DNA from: the human T2T-CHM13v2.0 reference genome, Homo sapiens
Direction: 5' to 3' (one strand)
Assembly (NCBI RefSeq): GCF_009914755.1
Contig: NC_060931.1
Length of the DNA: 64,000 nucleotides
Shown here: positions 30,490 through 45,494 of the stretch, one piece after another
How the letters are laid out: each line of letters starts with the position of its first letter
Numbering within the stretch: position 1 is the first letter of the stretch
Notes under the pieces: model-generated
Database searches by the model: none
Told to the model about the DNA's origin: nothing
What the model saw: the letters and a program-made list of their open reading frames with translations, nothing else
Position numbers and translations under genes: made by a program

Positions 30490-30998
30490 ACCAGAAAAGG
30501 GGGCATTTTTAGTTTTCTTTTTCTTTTTTGGCTGCTCAAGCATTTGGATCCTAATTCTGTCTGGGGGCCTCCTAAAACAGTCAGATTCTTAATGGAAGAT
30601 AGGCCCTTCCTATTTTTAGCCAGTGCACTAGCTAAAAATGCCAAATACATATATTCCTTCCCCTCAACCCGTGTAGCTAGACTGTAGTCAGTTCAAGTCC
30701 ACGAGGCCATTGAATCTTCTGCAGATGACACTAGGAAGGTGTGAGTGTATGGAATTAACTCTGTTAGTGGCATTCAATGGCCAGTGGCCATAGCAATAGC
30801 ATTATAACCAATTCTGGTGGCGTAATTTTGACTGTATTTCTGAACATCCAGATCCTAGTTCCTGGTGGTCAGGTTTGTTTCTCCACATACTCTACCAATT
30901 ATGAGAGCAATCCAAATCACATCTAATAAATTCCTACCTTGCAGAGTTAACCGAGGCTTTCCTTTTGGTTGATTGCTAACAAGATCCCTGAGTGATAC
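30490..30998 (+). mobile_element. Old ERVL LTR (LTR33-like)
   Basis: ggggcattttagttttc...ttggctgctcaagcat; ends aataaattcc...aacaagatccctgagtgataca. Confidence 0.5.
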
Positions 30999-33749
30999 AC
31001 CAGATAAAACACACCTGCGGTATCCTCAGGATAACCTGAGAGCCTTTTTCTCCAAGAATGCCACCCAATTCTTGAAATTTCTGGAAGCCCAAATAGTACC
31101 TACATTTTCCCGTTTGTATTGGGTCCTACTTGGCTCACAACGGTCTAAATTATTTTTCAAAGTTCAGTATCCATTTATTGTGAAGATAAAGGTGCCTGTG
31201 TTGTGATCCCTGCATGCGATGAAAAAGTGCCATGTGGAACTGTTAGTTTGAAAAAATTCACCAAGAGGAGGCAGAAACTCATGAAATATTAGTTGTTGAA
31301 ATCAAGAGTGAGAATCAGTTTTAGATTCTCATGTTTTTGGAACATTTCAAAAGACTTAATATTCTGGTAAAAAAAGAAATTTATATATTCTGGGATAATG
31401 ATAAATATATCACTTTGCTACAATTCATCTCGGATTTTTGTCTCCTTTCTTACTGTTTTAGCTTTCCGATTTTGCTTTTGTCTTCATGCTGCACCTCATC
31501 TTCCTTCTAAGCTTTCAGACTAAACATTCCGTTCCTTTACCTGTAGAAAAAAAAATGTGGTTGTGGATGTGTTCCTTTTATAGTAAGTGCTGAAAAACTA
31601 TAAACTTTAAGCCAAAAGGACAATACTTCTTTCAAAACCCTTCCTTTAACAAATCACTTTGCAGAGCATTAAAAAGACCATAAAGAGACAGTACGTTTTC
31701 CCCAGCCATTGAAGGTATGATGAATGGTACAACCTGAGAGTGAATGGAAGAGCCACTTTATAAAGTTTAAAGAACCAATACTTGGGCTTAGTTATGGACT
31801 TCACACTAACCAGAGATACAAGGCATTTTAGCCGAATGACAGTGGACCGAACTAATCCTATAAAGTGACAAGGGGAAACACTGGGACCCTCCACTGTGAC
31901 ATATCTTGGAGTGAAGGCTTGGCAGGAAGTCAGTCTTGCATAAACATAAAAGCCAAACTCTTTTAGAAAACATATTATCAGAGATGATTTATTTTTATAT
32001 GAGAATAGTTCTTTTAAAAAATATTTTAGATCTTTTTCTTGAATATAAATATTGATTTACTAATATGACCTGTCTTTTTTCATTCTCTAGACAACAATGA
32101 TTTCTTAAGAAGAGGCAAATGGAACTCAGAATAAGCAATCATAGAATACAAGCATAGAATAATTTCAATAATTTTTGCATTTGAACACAAAAAATGAGCT
32201 ACTAAAAGCATAGCCCCCTTCAAGTTGTAATTCAAACACATAACATAATTTGACTTCAATAGGCAAAGCAAATGACACTTACTTGGAAATTTCTAAGGTA
32301 CTTACAGAAAGTCAAGGAGAGGACTTAAAGTGAAGAAAAAATATGTCTGACTAATAGTGAATAAAATTATTATTGATGCAAAAAGCATTGTTGAATGAAA
32401 TCTTTTCAGCATCTTAAATATATAATGGTCTAAAGCTTGACCACCTCAAGTTCTTTTTAGAAGCAGGCAGAGGAAAAGAGAGAAAGAATGAATATAAGAA
32501 CATTTACATCCAGAGTATACAACTCCAGAAGATAGAATTTATTCCTGTTTCATCTTTGTGTGCACTTTTCCCCATGGTTAACCAGTGCATTGCACTAGAA
32601 GGCTCAGTGTTTGTTGAATAAATAATCCCAGAAATAACTAGAAAATAGTGCAGAACAGTGAAGAGAGAGCTTAAGTAGAGATCAGGAAAGATACAGCATC
32701 TTCTTCCTTTCTTTACTATGTTGAGATACTCTCTGAGCATTGTTTTCCTTATTTGAAAAATGAAGAGTCAAAATGCCTTAAGTACCTTTCAGTTCAGAAA
32801 TTCTTTGCTTTGAGAGTAAATATACTTAAGATTGAGTGCTAGAATTCAGAATTTTGCAGTGCAAGTTAAAAAATAATTCTATCTTTGGGGAGAAAAAAAT
32901 GGGGTTATATTTTATTTATTTTTTATACTCTGTCAGTAGACTAAAGGGGGTCTTTAATTAGTAAAATTGTACATTTCAATATGTTCATGCTTGCACACAG
33001 AAAGGTGCTGAGTACCTGCCATGGCTGTACTGCAATGTCTATTGTAAATGTTAGCTCTTTGGGGGGCAAGCATACCCACATTCATATGGCATTTCCTAAG
33101 CCTGTTTTCCTTCTCAGCGTTAAACTCACTGATGCAAACTGCCCAGCTGTGTTTTAATTAAACTTCTACTCCCACTTTCCTTTGGGCTTTTCAATCATAT
33201 ACGCTTCTCTTTCCCCTCTTTTCCCCATAGTCTTCTCTCTCTTTTCCCTAAACTCCCGCCACATAGGCCTGTGGTGAGGAGAGCTGACAATAATGAGGCC
33301 CCAGGAACTGGTTCAAAGCCTGCTGTAAAACTTTTTAAATTAAACCCTTGAGATTTTAAGAGTTTGTAATTAGAATGCATGGTTTGAAATGAATTAACAT
33401 AACCCTGCCATCTAGCTGGCATAACCCAGTGCCCATGAGTCTGCTGATCTCTGGGTGCTTAAGCCCTGGCAGAGCAGACTGTTTCTAACCATTGACCATC
33501 CTGTCCCAAAAGTGGGCAATGTCTTCTTTGAACCTTTTGGGAAGTGTCCCAAATTCTCCTCCTATTGAACTGTTAGAATGTGCTTAATTTTCCACTGTAA
33601 GAATAGGTTGCTTTGATGAGTATCTATTGGGATAAGTTTTTGCCTTTGTGAAATTTCTTCAAAATAGATTCCCAGAAGTAGGATTAGAGTGGGAAGGGTA
33701 GAAATATATTAAGGGCTCATCATAGATGCCAAATCCCTTTCTTTTCACT

Positions 33750-34745
33750 CATCCATACAAACAAATACTTATTGAGCACCTGCTGTGTACCAGGTACTCT
33801 TCTAGGTGCTGAAATTTGGTTGTGAACGAGATAGGTGAAGTTTCTGATATCGTGGAATACTACTTTACTGGTTAAGGAAGACAATCAATAAGTGGGCAAA
33901 AAATACATAATATAATTATAAATGGTAACAAAAGCTATAAAAACATATAAAATGGAACGATAGAGAATAGGGGTTGGCTTCTGTCCTTTTGCAGTCCATA
34001 CAATTTATCAGGAAAATTGGTCAGCTTTTCCTTCTAAGTACGTAGAGAACTTAATATCTTCTCTACCTCTGTATTGTTATCTCCCTAATCCAGGTCACCA
34101 TCATCCTTTGCTTGGACTTTTGCAAGAGTTTCTTAATTGATCTTCCTGCTACCATATTACCCCCCATAGTCTGTTCTCCCCACAGCAGTCAGAATGATTC
34201 TTTTAAAGTGTAAGTCAAGTCATATAACTCAGCTGCAGAACACTTCCAATAGCTCCCTTCTCTCTCAGTGTAAAATCTGTCATTTCCTGGCTTGTAGAAG
34301 AATCTGCGGCCTGGACACTGCTGCTTCTCTAAACTCATCTCTACCATTCCCCTCCCCAGCTGCAATCCTTTCAAATTTCAAGCATGACACTTCCTCAGTG
34401 ACTTTGCACTTGCTGTACCCTCTGTTTGGAATATGGTTTCCCCATATATATCTCACTCCTTCAGTTCTTTGCTCAAATATTACCTTTTCATAGAAATAGT
34501 CATTAACCATCCCAAATAAAATAGTGTGGCATTCCCATGTCTCTCTTTATCCTACTTTCTTTCTCTTCATGGCACTTATCGTCACTTGACATATTTATTT
34601 GTATATTTTATTGACTGTTTTTACCCACTAAAATAGAAACTTCATAGATCAAATACTTTATCTGTGCTGTTCACTGCTATATCCCCAGTATCTAAATTGA
34701 TACCTGGCACATAGGTAATGGCTCAATATTTGTTAAATTAATGAA
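33750..34745. mobile_element. L2 fragments (minus-strand 3' end near 33750-33900, plus-strand body and 3' end near 33990-34745)
   Basis: aacaaatacttattgagcacctgctgtgtaccagg; tgttcactgctatatccccagta...cctggcacatagg...ctcaatatttgttaaattaatgaa. Confidence 0.75.
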
Positions 34746-37101
34746 GAAATTAATGACTTTGTTTGAACCTGGTGAGAGATTTCTTGGAATATGCTGTGAG
34801 TCTAGACCATGTGTCCTATCCAAGTTGTTTTTAATTTTTATCAATGTCATGGATCAAGAAATAGTAGAGGCCCAACAAACTATATGCTGTCTTGGAGTCC
34901 AGCAGTGCTGGAGCTGGGGCTCAAGAGAAGTGCAGGCTGTGTCCCCAAGATCTAGGCGTGAGTGACCCTGGGCTATCACACCTGGGGCTAAGGTGCAGTG
35001 CTGCTGGGACTGAGGTGCAAGTGGTGCACACATTCCCCATCCATTGGCCTATGCTGTTGCCAATGAAGGCAGAACTACCCTCCCCAGTGGCAGGATAACA
35101 GCACAGTTGTTTCTTCCCCCAATGCAAGCATTCCACCAGTGGCCTGCGGATCACCCAACCCCTTTGTACCTTGGGTGGCTCCTCCACACGCCACTGGAGG
35201 CCTGAGGACAAGCTCATCTGACCCAGATTTACCCCCTCTCCATAAAAGAGCACATAGTCTAGGGGCCAGGGGATTTCCCAACTTGGTTCACCACCATCGG
35301 AACCTAAACACTCCTCCCAGGGGCCTACTCACCAAAATGAGAATACCACAACTGGCACTTATCTGCATGTGCCGCCTGCAAGCCTAAAGACTGGCCCATG
35401 CAGCCCATTGCAGCCACCACCAACACCAGCACATACTTCTCAAGACCCAGAGGATTGTTCTGCCACTGACTCTACCTTTGCCCATGCCATACTGGTTGCC
35501 TAGAGGTCCAAGAACCTGCCACCCACCTTGCCCAAAGTTGCCACTACCAGCATATGAGTAAGCTTCCAGAAGGCCCAAGGGTTAGCCTGACTGTACCCAC
35601 TAATACTAGTGCCAGTTTACACTGCCCCCCGGTGCCCAAGAACAGGCATGCTCAGCCCAACACTGGTACCAATGGTGCTGGAAAACTGGCCTACTTGGCT
35701 TCCCAGTCCCCAGCAGAACTTCACCACAGTTTCCAGCTGTACCCTAAGCCACCAAGGAGATCACAGATACCACTGATGCTGTTGAAAGCTACACTACTGC
35801 ATGCACCCAGAATCAAACCCAAAACATTCTACCCAACAAACACCATAGATACATCTTCAAGAAAGTTTTCCTTTATAAAAGCAAATTCAACAAGTTGGAA
35901 GAAACTAATATTATTTCAGATATGTCAATATCAATGTAAGAACACAAGAAACATGAAAAATCAAGGAAATATACACCTCCAAAGGAACAGAATAACTCTC
36001 CAGCGATAGATTACAATAAAAAACAAATGAATGAAATCATGGGAAAAGAATTCAAAATTTGAATATTAAAGAAGCTCAGTGGAATACAAGAAATTTCTGA
36101 AAAATTACAAAGAAATCAGAAAAACAATTCAGGATATGAATGAGTAATTTGCCAAAGATAGAGATAATAAAAAAATAGCCAACCAGAAATTCATAAACTG
36201 AAGAATTCATTTAATGAAATACAAAATATATTCAAAAGCTTCAACAAAAATAGACTAGATCAAGCAGAAGAAAGAATCTCAGAACTTGAAAGCAAGTCTA
36301 TTGAAATAACACAGCCCAACAAAAATACAGAAAAAAGAATAGGCAAATTCTTCATAGTATATGAAACACCATAAAGTGGCCAAATTTTGAATTACTGGGG
36401 TCTCAGAAGGCAGAGAGAGAACAAAAGGATTAGAAAACTTATTCAACATAACAATACATAACAACTTCCCAAATCTAGCAAGAGATTAAGGCATCTAGAT
36501 ACAACAGGCTCTGAGATCCCCAAACAGATACAATGCAAAAAAGTTTTCATGAAACATTACAGTCAAAATGTCTACAGTAAAATACACAGAAAGAATTCTA
36601 AAAACAGCAAGAAAAAACATATAGTCACCTTTAAAGGAACCCCCATCAGACTAACAGTGAATTTCTCAGTAGAAGCCTTTCTGCCAGGAAAGAATGAGAT
36701 GATATATTCAAAGGGCTAAGAAAAAAATATATATATTGCCAACAAAGGATCTATTTCCAGCAAATTATCCTTCATAAATGAAGGAGAAATAAAAAAGTCT
36801 TTCCCAAAGAAGCAAAAGCTGAGAAAATTCATCACCACTTAACTGGTCCTCCAAGAAATGCTCAAGGCAGTCCTAAATCTGGAAGAAAAAGACAGCATTT
36901 ACCATCACAACAACACAACGAAGTATAAAACTCACTGGTAAAACAAACACACAAATGAGGAAGAGAAAGAACTCACACAGTACCACCATACAAAACTACC
37001 AAACCACAATGACAAACAATAAAAGAAAAAGAAAGGAATGAAGAATATACAAAACAACCAGAAAACAATGAACAATATGACAGAAACAAAACTTCACATC
37101 T

Positions 37102-37413
<312 letters not shown>

Positions 37414-37806
37414 CAACTTCGCATATCAATAATAACCTTAAATGTAAATTGATTAAATTCTCCACTTAAAAGATACAGACTGGCTTAATTGATTAAAAGA
37501 AGTATATATGATCCAACTATGTGCTGCCTACAAGAAACACATTTTACTTGTAAAGACACACACAGACTGAAAGAAAAAGGATTGAAAAAGATATACCATG
37601 CAAACCTAAACCAAATGTGAGCAGAAGTTGATTTACTTATATCAGATAAAAGAGACTTTAAGTCAAAAATAGTAAGAAAAGGCAAAGAAGGTCATTATAT
37701 AATGATAAACAGATCGATTCGGCAAGAAGATATAATAATTTTAAATATACATGCACCTAGCATTGCAGTACCCAGATTCATAAAGCAAATATTACTAGAT
37801 CTAAAG

Positions 37807-38887
37807 TGTTGTGGGAAGTCAGGGACCCCGACTGGAGGGACTGGCTGAAGCCATGGCAGAAGAACATAAATTGTGAAGACTTCATGGACATTTATTAGTT
37901 CCCCAGGTTAATACTTTTATAATTTCTTAAGCCTGTCTTTACTACAATCTCTGAACATAAATTGTGAAGATTTCATGGACATTTATCACTTCCCCAATCA
38001 AAACTCTTGTGATTTCCTATGCCTGTCTTGTCTTTAATCTCTTAATCCCATCATCTTTGTAAGCTGGGGATGTATGTCGCCTCAGGACCTGTGATGATTG
38101 CTTTAACTGCACAAATTGTTTGTAGAGCATGTGTGTTTGAACAATATGCAATCTGGGCACCTTAAGAACAGGATAACAGTGATTTTCAGGGAAATAGGGA
38201 GATAACCTTAAAGTCTGGCTGCCTGTGGGCCGGGCAGGACAGAGCCATATTTCTCTCCTTACCAAAAACGGGTAAGAGAAATATCGCTGAATTCTTTCCC
38301 TAGTAAGGAATATTAATAATTAACAGCCCTGGGAAAAGAATGCATTTCCAGGGGGGCCTCTAAAATGGCCGTTCTGGGGGTGTCTGCCTTATGCAGATGT
38401 AGATAGGGATGAAACACGCCCTAGTCTCCTGCAACGCCCCCAGGCTTGCTAGGATTAGGAAATTCCAGTCTGGCAAATTCTAGTTAGACAAGTTCTCTGC
38501 TCTTGAACCCTGTTAAGATGTTTATCAGTGACAGTGGGTGCACAGCAGGACATGGAAGTTCATTAGTGATTCTAGTTTTGCCCTGAACTTGTGATCTTGC
38601 CCTGCTCATCTGCCTTGTGATCTTTTGTTGCCCTTAAAGCATGTGATCTCTGTGACCCACACCCTATTTGTACACTCCCTCCCCTCTGAAAATTGCTAAT
38701 AAAAACTTGCTGGTTTTACCGCTCAGGGGGCATCACGGAACCTGCCGACATGTGATGTCTCCCTCTGACACCCAGCTTTAAAATTTCTCTCTTTTGTAGT
38801 CTTTCCCTTTATTTCTCAGACCAGCCGACACTTAGGGAAAATAGAAAAGAACCTATGATGAATTATCAGGGGTTGGTTCCCCCAATA
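37807..38887 (+). mobile_element. MER11 solo LTR (HERV-K11/HML-8, ERVK class)
   Basis: Starts tgttgtgggaagtcagggacccc, has the internal repeat gaacataaattgtgaag and aataaa near 38698, ends ttcccccaata. 6-bp TSD ctaaag (37801-37806 / 38888-38893). Confidence 0.9.
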
Positions 38888-41800
38888 CTAAAGAGAGAGA
38901 TAAATTCCAGTACAACAACAGTGAGGGACTTCAACACCCCACTCTAAGCATTAGACAGGTCATCTAGATGTAAAATCAACTAAAAAATATTGAATTTAAC
39001 TGGACTATAGAACAAATGGACCGAACAGACACACCTACAGAACATATTATTCAACAACTGCAGAATACGCATTTTTTTCTACTCAGCATGTGGAACATTT
39101 TTCAGGATAGATCATATTTTCAGCCACAAAAGAAGAAGTCTCAACAAATTCTTAAAACTTGACATTATATTAAGTATTTTCCCATACAACAGTGGAATAA
39201 AACCAAAAATTAATACAAAGAACAACTTTGGAAGCTATACAAATACCTAAAAATAAAACAACATGGTCCTGACTGAAGAAATAAAAATGGAAATAAAAAC
39301 ATTTATTGAAACAAATAAAAATGGAAACACATGATGCCAAAATCTGTGGAATACAACTAAAGCAGTACTAAGAGGGAAATTTATACCAATAAACATCTGC
39401 ATCAAAAGAAGTAGAAAGTTTTCAATTAAACAATGTAATGATGCACCTCAAAGAATTATTATAGAAAAGGAAGAACAAACCAAACCCAAAATTAGCAGAA
39501 GAAAAGAAGCAATAAAGATAGGATGAGAACTAAATAAAATAGAGACTAAAAGACAAGGATCATTAAAACAAAAAGTTCTTCAGAAAGATAAACACAACTG
39601 ACAAACCTGTAGCTAGACTAACCAAGAAAATAAGAGAGAAGGACTAAATAACAAAATTAGAAATAAAAAAGGAGACATTACAGCTGATACCAAAGAAACA
39701 TAAAAGATCATCAGAGATTATTATGAGTAACTATACACTAATAAACTGGAAAGCCTAGATAAAATAGATACATTCCTGGAAACATACAAACTACCAAGAT
39801 TGAATCAGGAAAAGATAGAAAACTTGAACAAACCAATAATGAGTAGTGACATTAAATCAGCAATAAAAAGACTCCCAACAAAGAAAAGCACAGGACAAGA
39901 TGGACTCACTTTCAAATTCTATAAAGAACTAATATCAATCCTCCTCAGACTATTCCAAAAAATCAAACAACGTGGAATTCTCCCTAACTTACTCTAGGAG
40001 GTGAGCATTGCCCTGATACCAAAACCAGACAAGTACACACACACAAAAAGAAAACTACAGACCAATACCCCTGATGAACATAGACACATAAATTCTCCAC
40101 AAAATACTAGTAAAATGAATTTAACAGCATGTCAAAAAGATAGTACCCCATGAGCAAGTGGGTTTCATCCCAGGGATACAAGGATGGTTTAACATATGCA
40201 AATGAATAAATGTGACACATCACATGAACAGAATGAAGGGCAAAAACTATATGATCATTTCAATAGATGCAGAAAAGGCATTTGATAAAATTCAACATCA
40301 TTTCATTATAAAAACTCTCAACAAACTAGGTATAGAGGGAACATACCTCAAAATAATAAAGGCCATATATATGACAAACCCACAGCCAACATCATACTGA
40401 ATGGCAAAAAGTTGAAAACCTTTTCTCTAAGAACTAGAACAAGACAAGGATGCTCACTTTCACTACTCCTATTCAACATAATGCTAAAAATACTATTTCC
40501 CCTAGACAGAGAAATCAGACAAGAGTAAAAAATAAAAGGCATTCAAATTGGAAAAGAGGGAGTCAAATTGTCTCTCTTTGCACATGAAATAATCTTATAT
40601 TTAGAAAAAAAAGATTCCACCTAAAAATGATAAGCAAATTCAATAAAGTTGAAAAATATAAAATCAACATATAAAAATCAGTAGCATTTCTATAACCAAT
40701 AATAAAACAGCCAAAAGAGAAATCAAGAAGACAATCCCATTTACAATTGCTACCAAAAAAAAAATACCTAGGAATAAATTTAACCAAGCAGGTAAAAGAT
40801 CTCTACAAGAAAAACTGTAAAACACTGTTAAAATGAATTAAAGAAGACATAAACAAATAGACATCCCATGCTCATGGATCAGAAGAATCAATATTGTCAA
40901 AATGACCAATGAAATATCCAGATTCAATAAAATCCTTATTAAAATACCAATGTCATTTTTTACAGAAATAGAAAACAAAATTCTAAAATTCATATGGAAT
41001 AAAAAAAGAGCCAGTATAACCAAAACAATCCTGAGCAAAAAGTACAAAGCAGAAGGCATCACACTACTTGACTTCAAAATATAGTACAAGGTTATAGTAA
41101 CCAAAAAGCATGGTATTGACATAGAAATAGACACAGAAACTAATGGAAGAGAATAGAAAACCCAAAAATAACTCTACATATTTACAGCCAACAGACTTTC
41201 AACAAAGTTGCCCAGAACATACACTGAGGAAAGGATACCTTCTTTAATAAATAGTGCTGAAAAAAATGGGATATTCACATGCAGAAGAATGAAACTGGAC
41301 CCTTATCTTCCACCTTATATAAAAATCAATTCAAAATGGATCAAAAACTTAAAAGTAAGACCTTAAACTATAAAACCACTAGAAGAAAACAAAGGGAAAA
41401 CACTCCAGGATATTTGTTTAGGCAAAGATTTTATGGCTGAGACCTCAAAAGCAGAGAAAACTAACACAAAAATAGACAAATAGCACTATAGTAAACTAAA
41501 AAAGTTTTTGCACAGTGAAAGAAACAATTAACAAAGTGAAGAGACAAACTGTTGAATGGGAGGAAGTAGTTGCAAACTATTCATCCAACCAGGGACTAAT
41601 ATCCAGAATATGCAAGGAATACAAACAACTCAACAATAAAAAAAAAACAAATAATTCAATTAAAAAGTGGGCAAATGACATGAATAGACAATTTTCAAAG
41701 GAAGACACACAAAAGCCAACAAGCATATTAAAAAATGCTCAACATCTCTAATCATCAGAGAAATGCAAATCAAAACCATGATGAGATATTATCTCATCCT

Positions 41801-44800
41801 AATGAGAATGGTTATTCCTAAAAAGACAAAAAATAAATAAATAAAAACAGATGCTGGCAAGGATGTATAGAAAAGGGAATACTTAACAATCGCAAAGGTA
41901 TGGACTCAATCTAAGTGTTCATCAGTGGGTGAATGGATAAAGAAAATGTGGTATATATACACAATGAAATACTATTTGTTCATAAGAAAGAATGAAATCA
42001 TGTCATCTGCAGCAACATGGATGGAAATAAAGGTCATTATGTCAGGTGAAATAATCCAGGCACAGAAAGACAAATACCACATGTTCTTACTCATATGTAG
42101 GAACTAAAAACCTTGATCTCCTGGAGGTAGACAATAGACGGGTAGATATGACACCAGAGTTTGGGAGGGTGTGAGAGTGGGCGGAGGGAGAAAGGAAAAG
42201 AGGTTCATGAAGAAGCACAAACTTACAGTTAGATAGAGGAAATAAGTTCTAATTTTCAATAGCAGACTAGGGTGACTATAGTTAACAACAACATATTGTA
42301 TATTTCAAAGTAGCTAGAAGAAAGAACTTGAAATGTTACCAACATGCAGAAATGACAAATACTCAGTATGATGGATACCCCAAATACCCTGACTTGATGT
42401 TACATGTTCGATGCACATTAAAAATGCTCACATGTACCCCCATAAATGTGCAAAACACTATGTACCAATAAAAGGAAAAAAGAAATAGTAGAGGGTCTCA
42501 CAAGCATTGTATACATGATTTGTTAGCAGAATCATGTTCGGCAATGCTTTTCAAACCGCAGGTCACTAACAATCAGTAGTCTGTGAAGGTAGTTTAGCAG
42601 GTTGTGATCAGCTTCTTGTTAACAAAAGAGAATTCATCCAGGCTGGAACAAAATAGAATTGAATTGAAAAAAATACTTTCTCACATGTAATATGGCTGAG
42701 TGTTGTTTTGTGAAAGTTCGTTTTAATTATATGTAAATGGGCTTTTTGAGCACATAATGAAATATGATATAAAAAGTATTTGTTATTATAGGTCACAGTG
42801 TTTTAAAAAAAAACAATGGCCTACAATATTGATTCTCGGGAATCCACCCAAAATTTCCAGGAAATAAAAATACCAGAAGAAAACAATGAACTGGAAAAAC
42901 AATGAAAGAGAAGCAAAGAGAGAACCAATGACCAAAGAGTTGTTCCTTTGAAAAAAGTCCATAAATTAATAGTGACTAGCCATATCGGCCAAGATAAAAA
43001 GAGAGAAGACGCAAATTATCAATTTTAGGAATGAAGGTTAGAAAATTATTTCAGATCCTTCCTAGTCATTTATAAACATAAAAATAAATCATACATGTGT
43101 CATACATGACACAGCAGCAAAACTCACTGAAGAAGAAATAGGTATCTTGAATAAGCTACTATACATTAAAGAAATTGAATTTGTGGCTTAAAATTCTCAA
43201 AGAAAAATCTTCAAGTCCAGCTGGCTGTACTAACACGTTTTTCCTAACATTTCAGAAAAATGTAATATAATTATACACAATTTTTTCCATAAGATAAAAG
43301 GGGAGGGAATGACACCCAGCTCATTTTATAAACTCAGCATTACCTGATATTAAAAACAAAGACATTATAAGAAAACTACAGACGAAATATCCCTCACAGC
43401 ATAGATATGAAAATATTCAATCGAATGCTAGCACTTACAATCCAACAATATGTAAAAAAAAGATAATATATCATTACCAAGTGAGGTTTATTTCATCGTG
43501 AAAAGATAGTTAAGCATTCAAAAGTTAATTAAATTAGTTCACCACATCAGTAGACAAAAGAAGAAAAACATTGCTCATCTCAAAAGATGCAGAAAATCAC
43601 TGGACAAAATTTGAAATCCAACCATAACAAAAATTCTCATCAATTAATAATAGAAAGGAACTTCCTCAAACTGAGGGAGAGTATCTACAAAATGGGCTGC
43701 TAACATCAGAGTTAATGCTAAAAGACCAAATGTTTTGCCCCTAAGATCAGGAATAAGGACGAGAAGTCCATTCTTACCACTCTTTTTAGACACACTGAAA
43801 ATTCTAAGTGCAATAAGAGAAGAAATTCAAAAAAAAAAAAAAAGACCTACAGATTAGAAGAAGTAAAAATGTTTCTCTTTGCAGATGACATGATTGTATG
43901 TTTAGAAAATTGTAAGAATCTACAAGAAAGGTATTAGAACTAATTAGTAAATTTAGCAAGGTCAATAGTTAGAAGGCCAATGTATATTTAATACACAAAA
44001 TCACATTTCTGTCTACATTCTATATACTACCAGTAGAAACTGAAAATTTTCAAGCAGTGCTATTATAATAATAAGAAAAATAAGAAACACTTTGGTATAA
44101 ATTTAACAAAATATGTTTATACAAGTGTACAATCTGCATATTGAAAACTCCAAAACGCCAGTGAAAGAAATCAAAGGCCTAAACAAATACAAGATGTTCG
44201 TTATTCAAGATTTGCAAGTCTCAACATTGTTATATTAATTTACTAACGTTAATCATAAATTAACCTTCCATAGATTCCATGCAATCTTACAAAAAATCCC
44301 AGCAATATTCTTTTTGGAGAAATTGACAAGTTAATTCTAAAATTTATATGGAAAAAAATCAAAGGAATTACAAGAGCTGATATAATTTTGAAAAGAACAA
44401 AGCCCAAGGACTTAATTATTTCATTTCAAGACACATTAATCAAGATGTATAGATCAAGATTAAAGTATAAAGCTACATTAATCAAAACAATGTCATATTG
44501 GTGAAAGGACAGACACATAAATCACTGTAACCAAACAAAGTCCAAATAAAGACTCACATATAAATTATCAATTAATATTTGATAAAGGTACAAAGAAAAC
44601 TCAGTGCAGAAAAGAGAATTTTTTTAACAGATGGTCTGAAAAAATTGAACATCCATTTGCAAAATTTTTTAAATCTTGACCCATACTTCACACCGTATGT
44701 AAAAATTAAATAAAAATGAATCATAAACTGAAGTGTAAGAAAAAATAAAAATTCAGAAGAAATCATAAGACCACAAATTGATACCTTGGATTAAACAAAG

Positions 44801-45168
44801 ACTTATTAGATATGAAATCTAATCTCAATCATGAAGATAAAATTGATAGTGATTCATCAAAGTTAAGAACTTCTGCTCTTGTAAGACACTGTTCAGAACC
44901 TTAGAAGACAAGCTGTACACCAGGAGAAAATATTTGCAAAAGGCATTTCTGATGAAGAACCGGTATCCGAGATTTCTGCCTCTCTTCCCAGTGGGGTCAC
45001 AACCTTCAGCCCACTCAGGATACTGGCAACAGCTGAGGTACTAAGTATTGGTAAAAAACTGAATGAGGGTAAAACAAAGTCCATAAATTATTAGATAGTC
45101 CAGAAAAAATCCTCCTGCAGTTCAAGGACCAGATAACAGCAGGAAATGCAGTTAGAAAGAATCACCTG

Positions 45169-45494
<326 letters not shown>

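Noticed and set aside
31000-33700. Apparently unique, repeat-poor stretch as exons or an enhancer
   Set aside because: No recognisable coding similarity or convincing splice structure by eye; conservation and expression data are needed.
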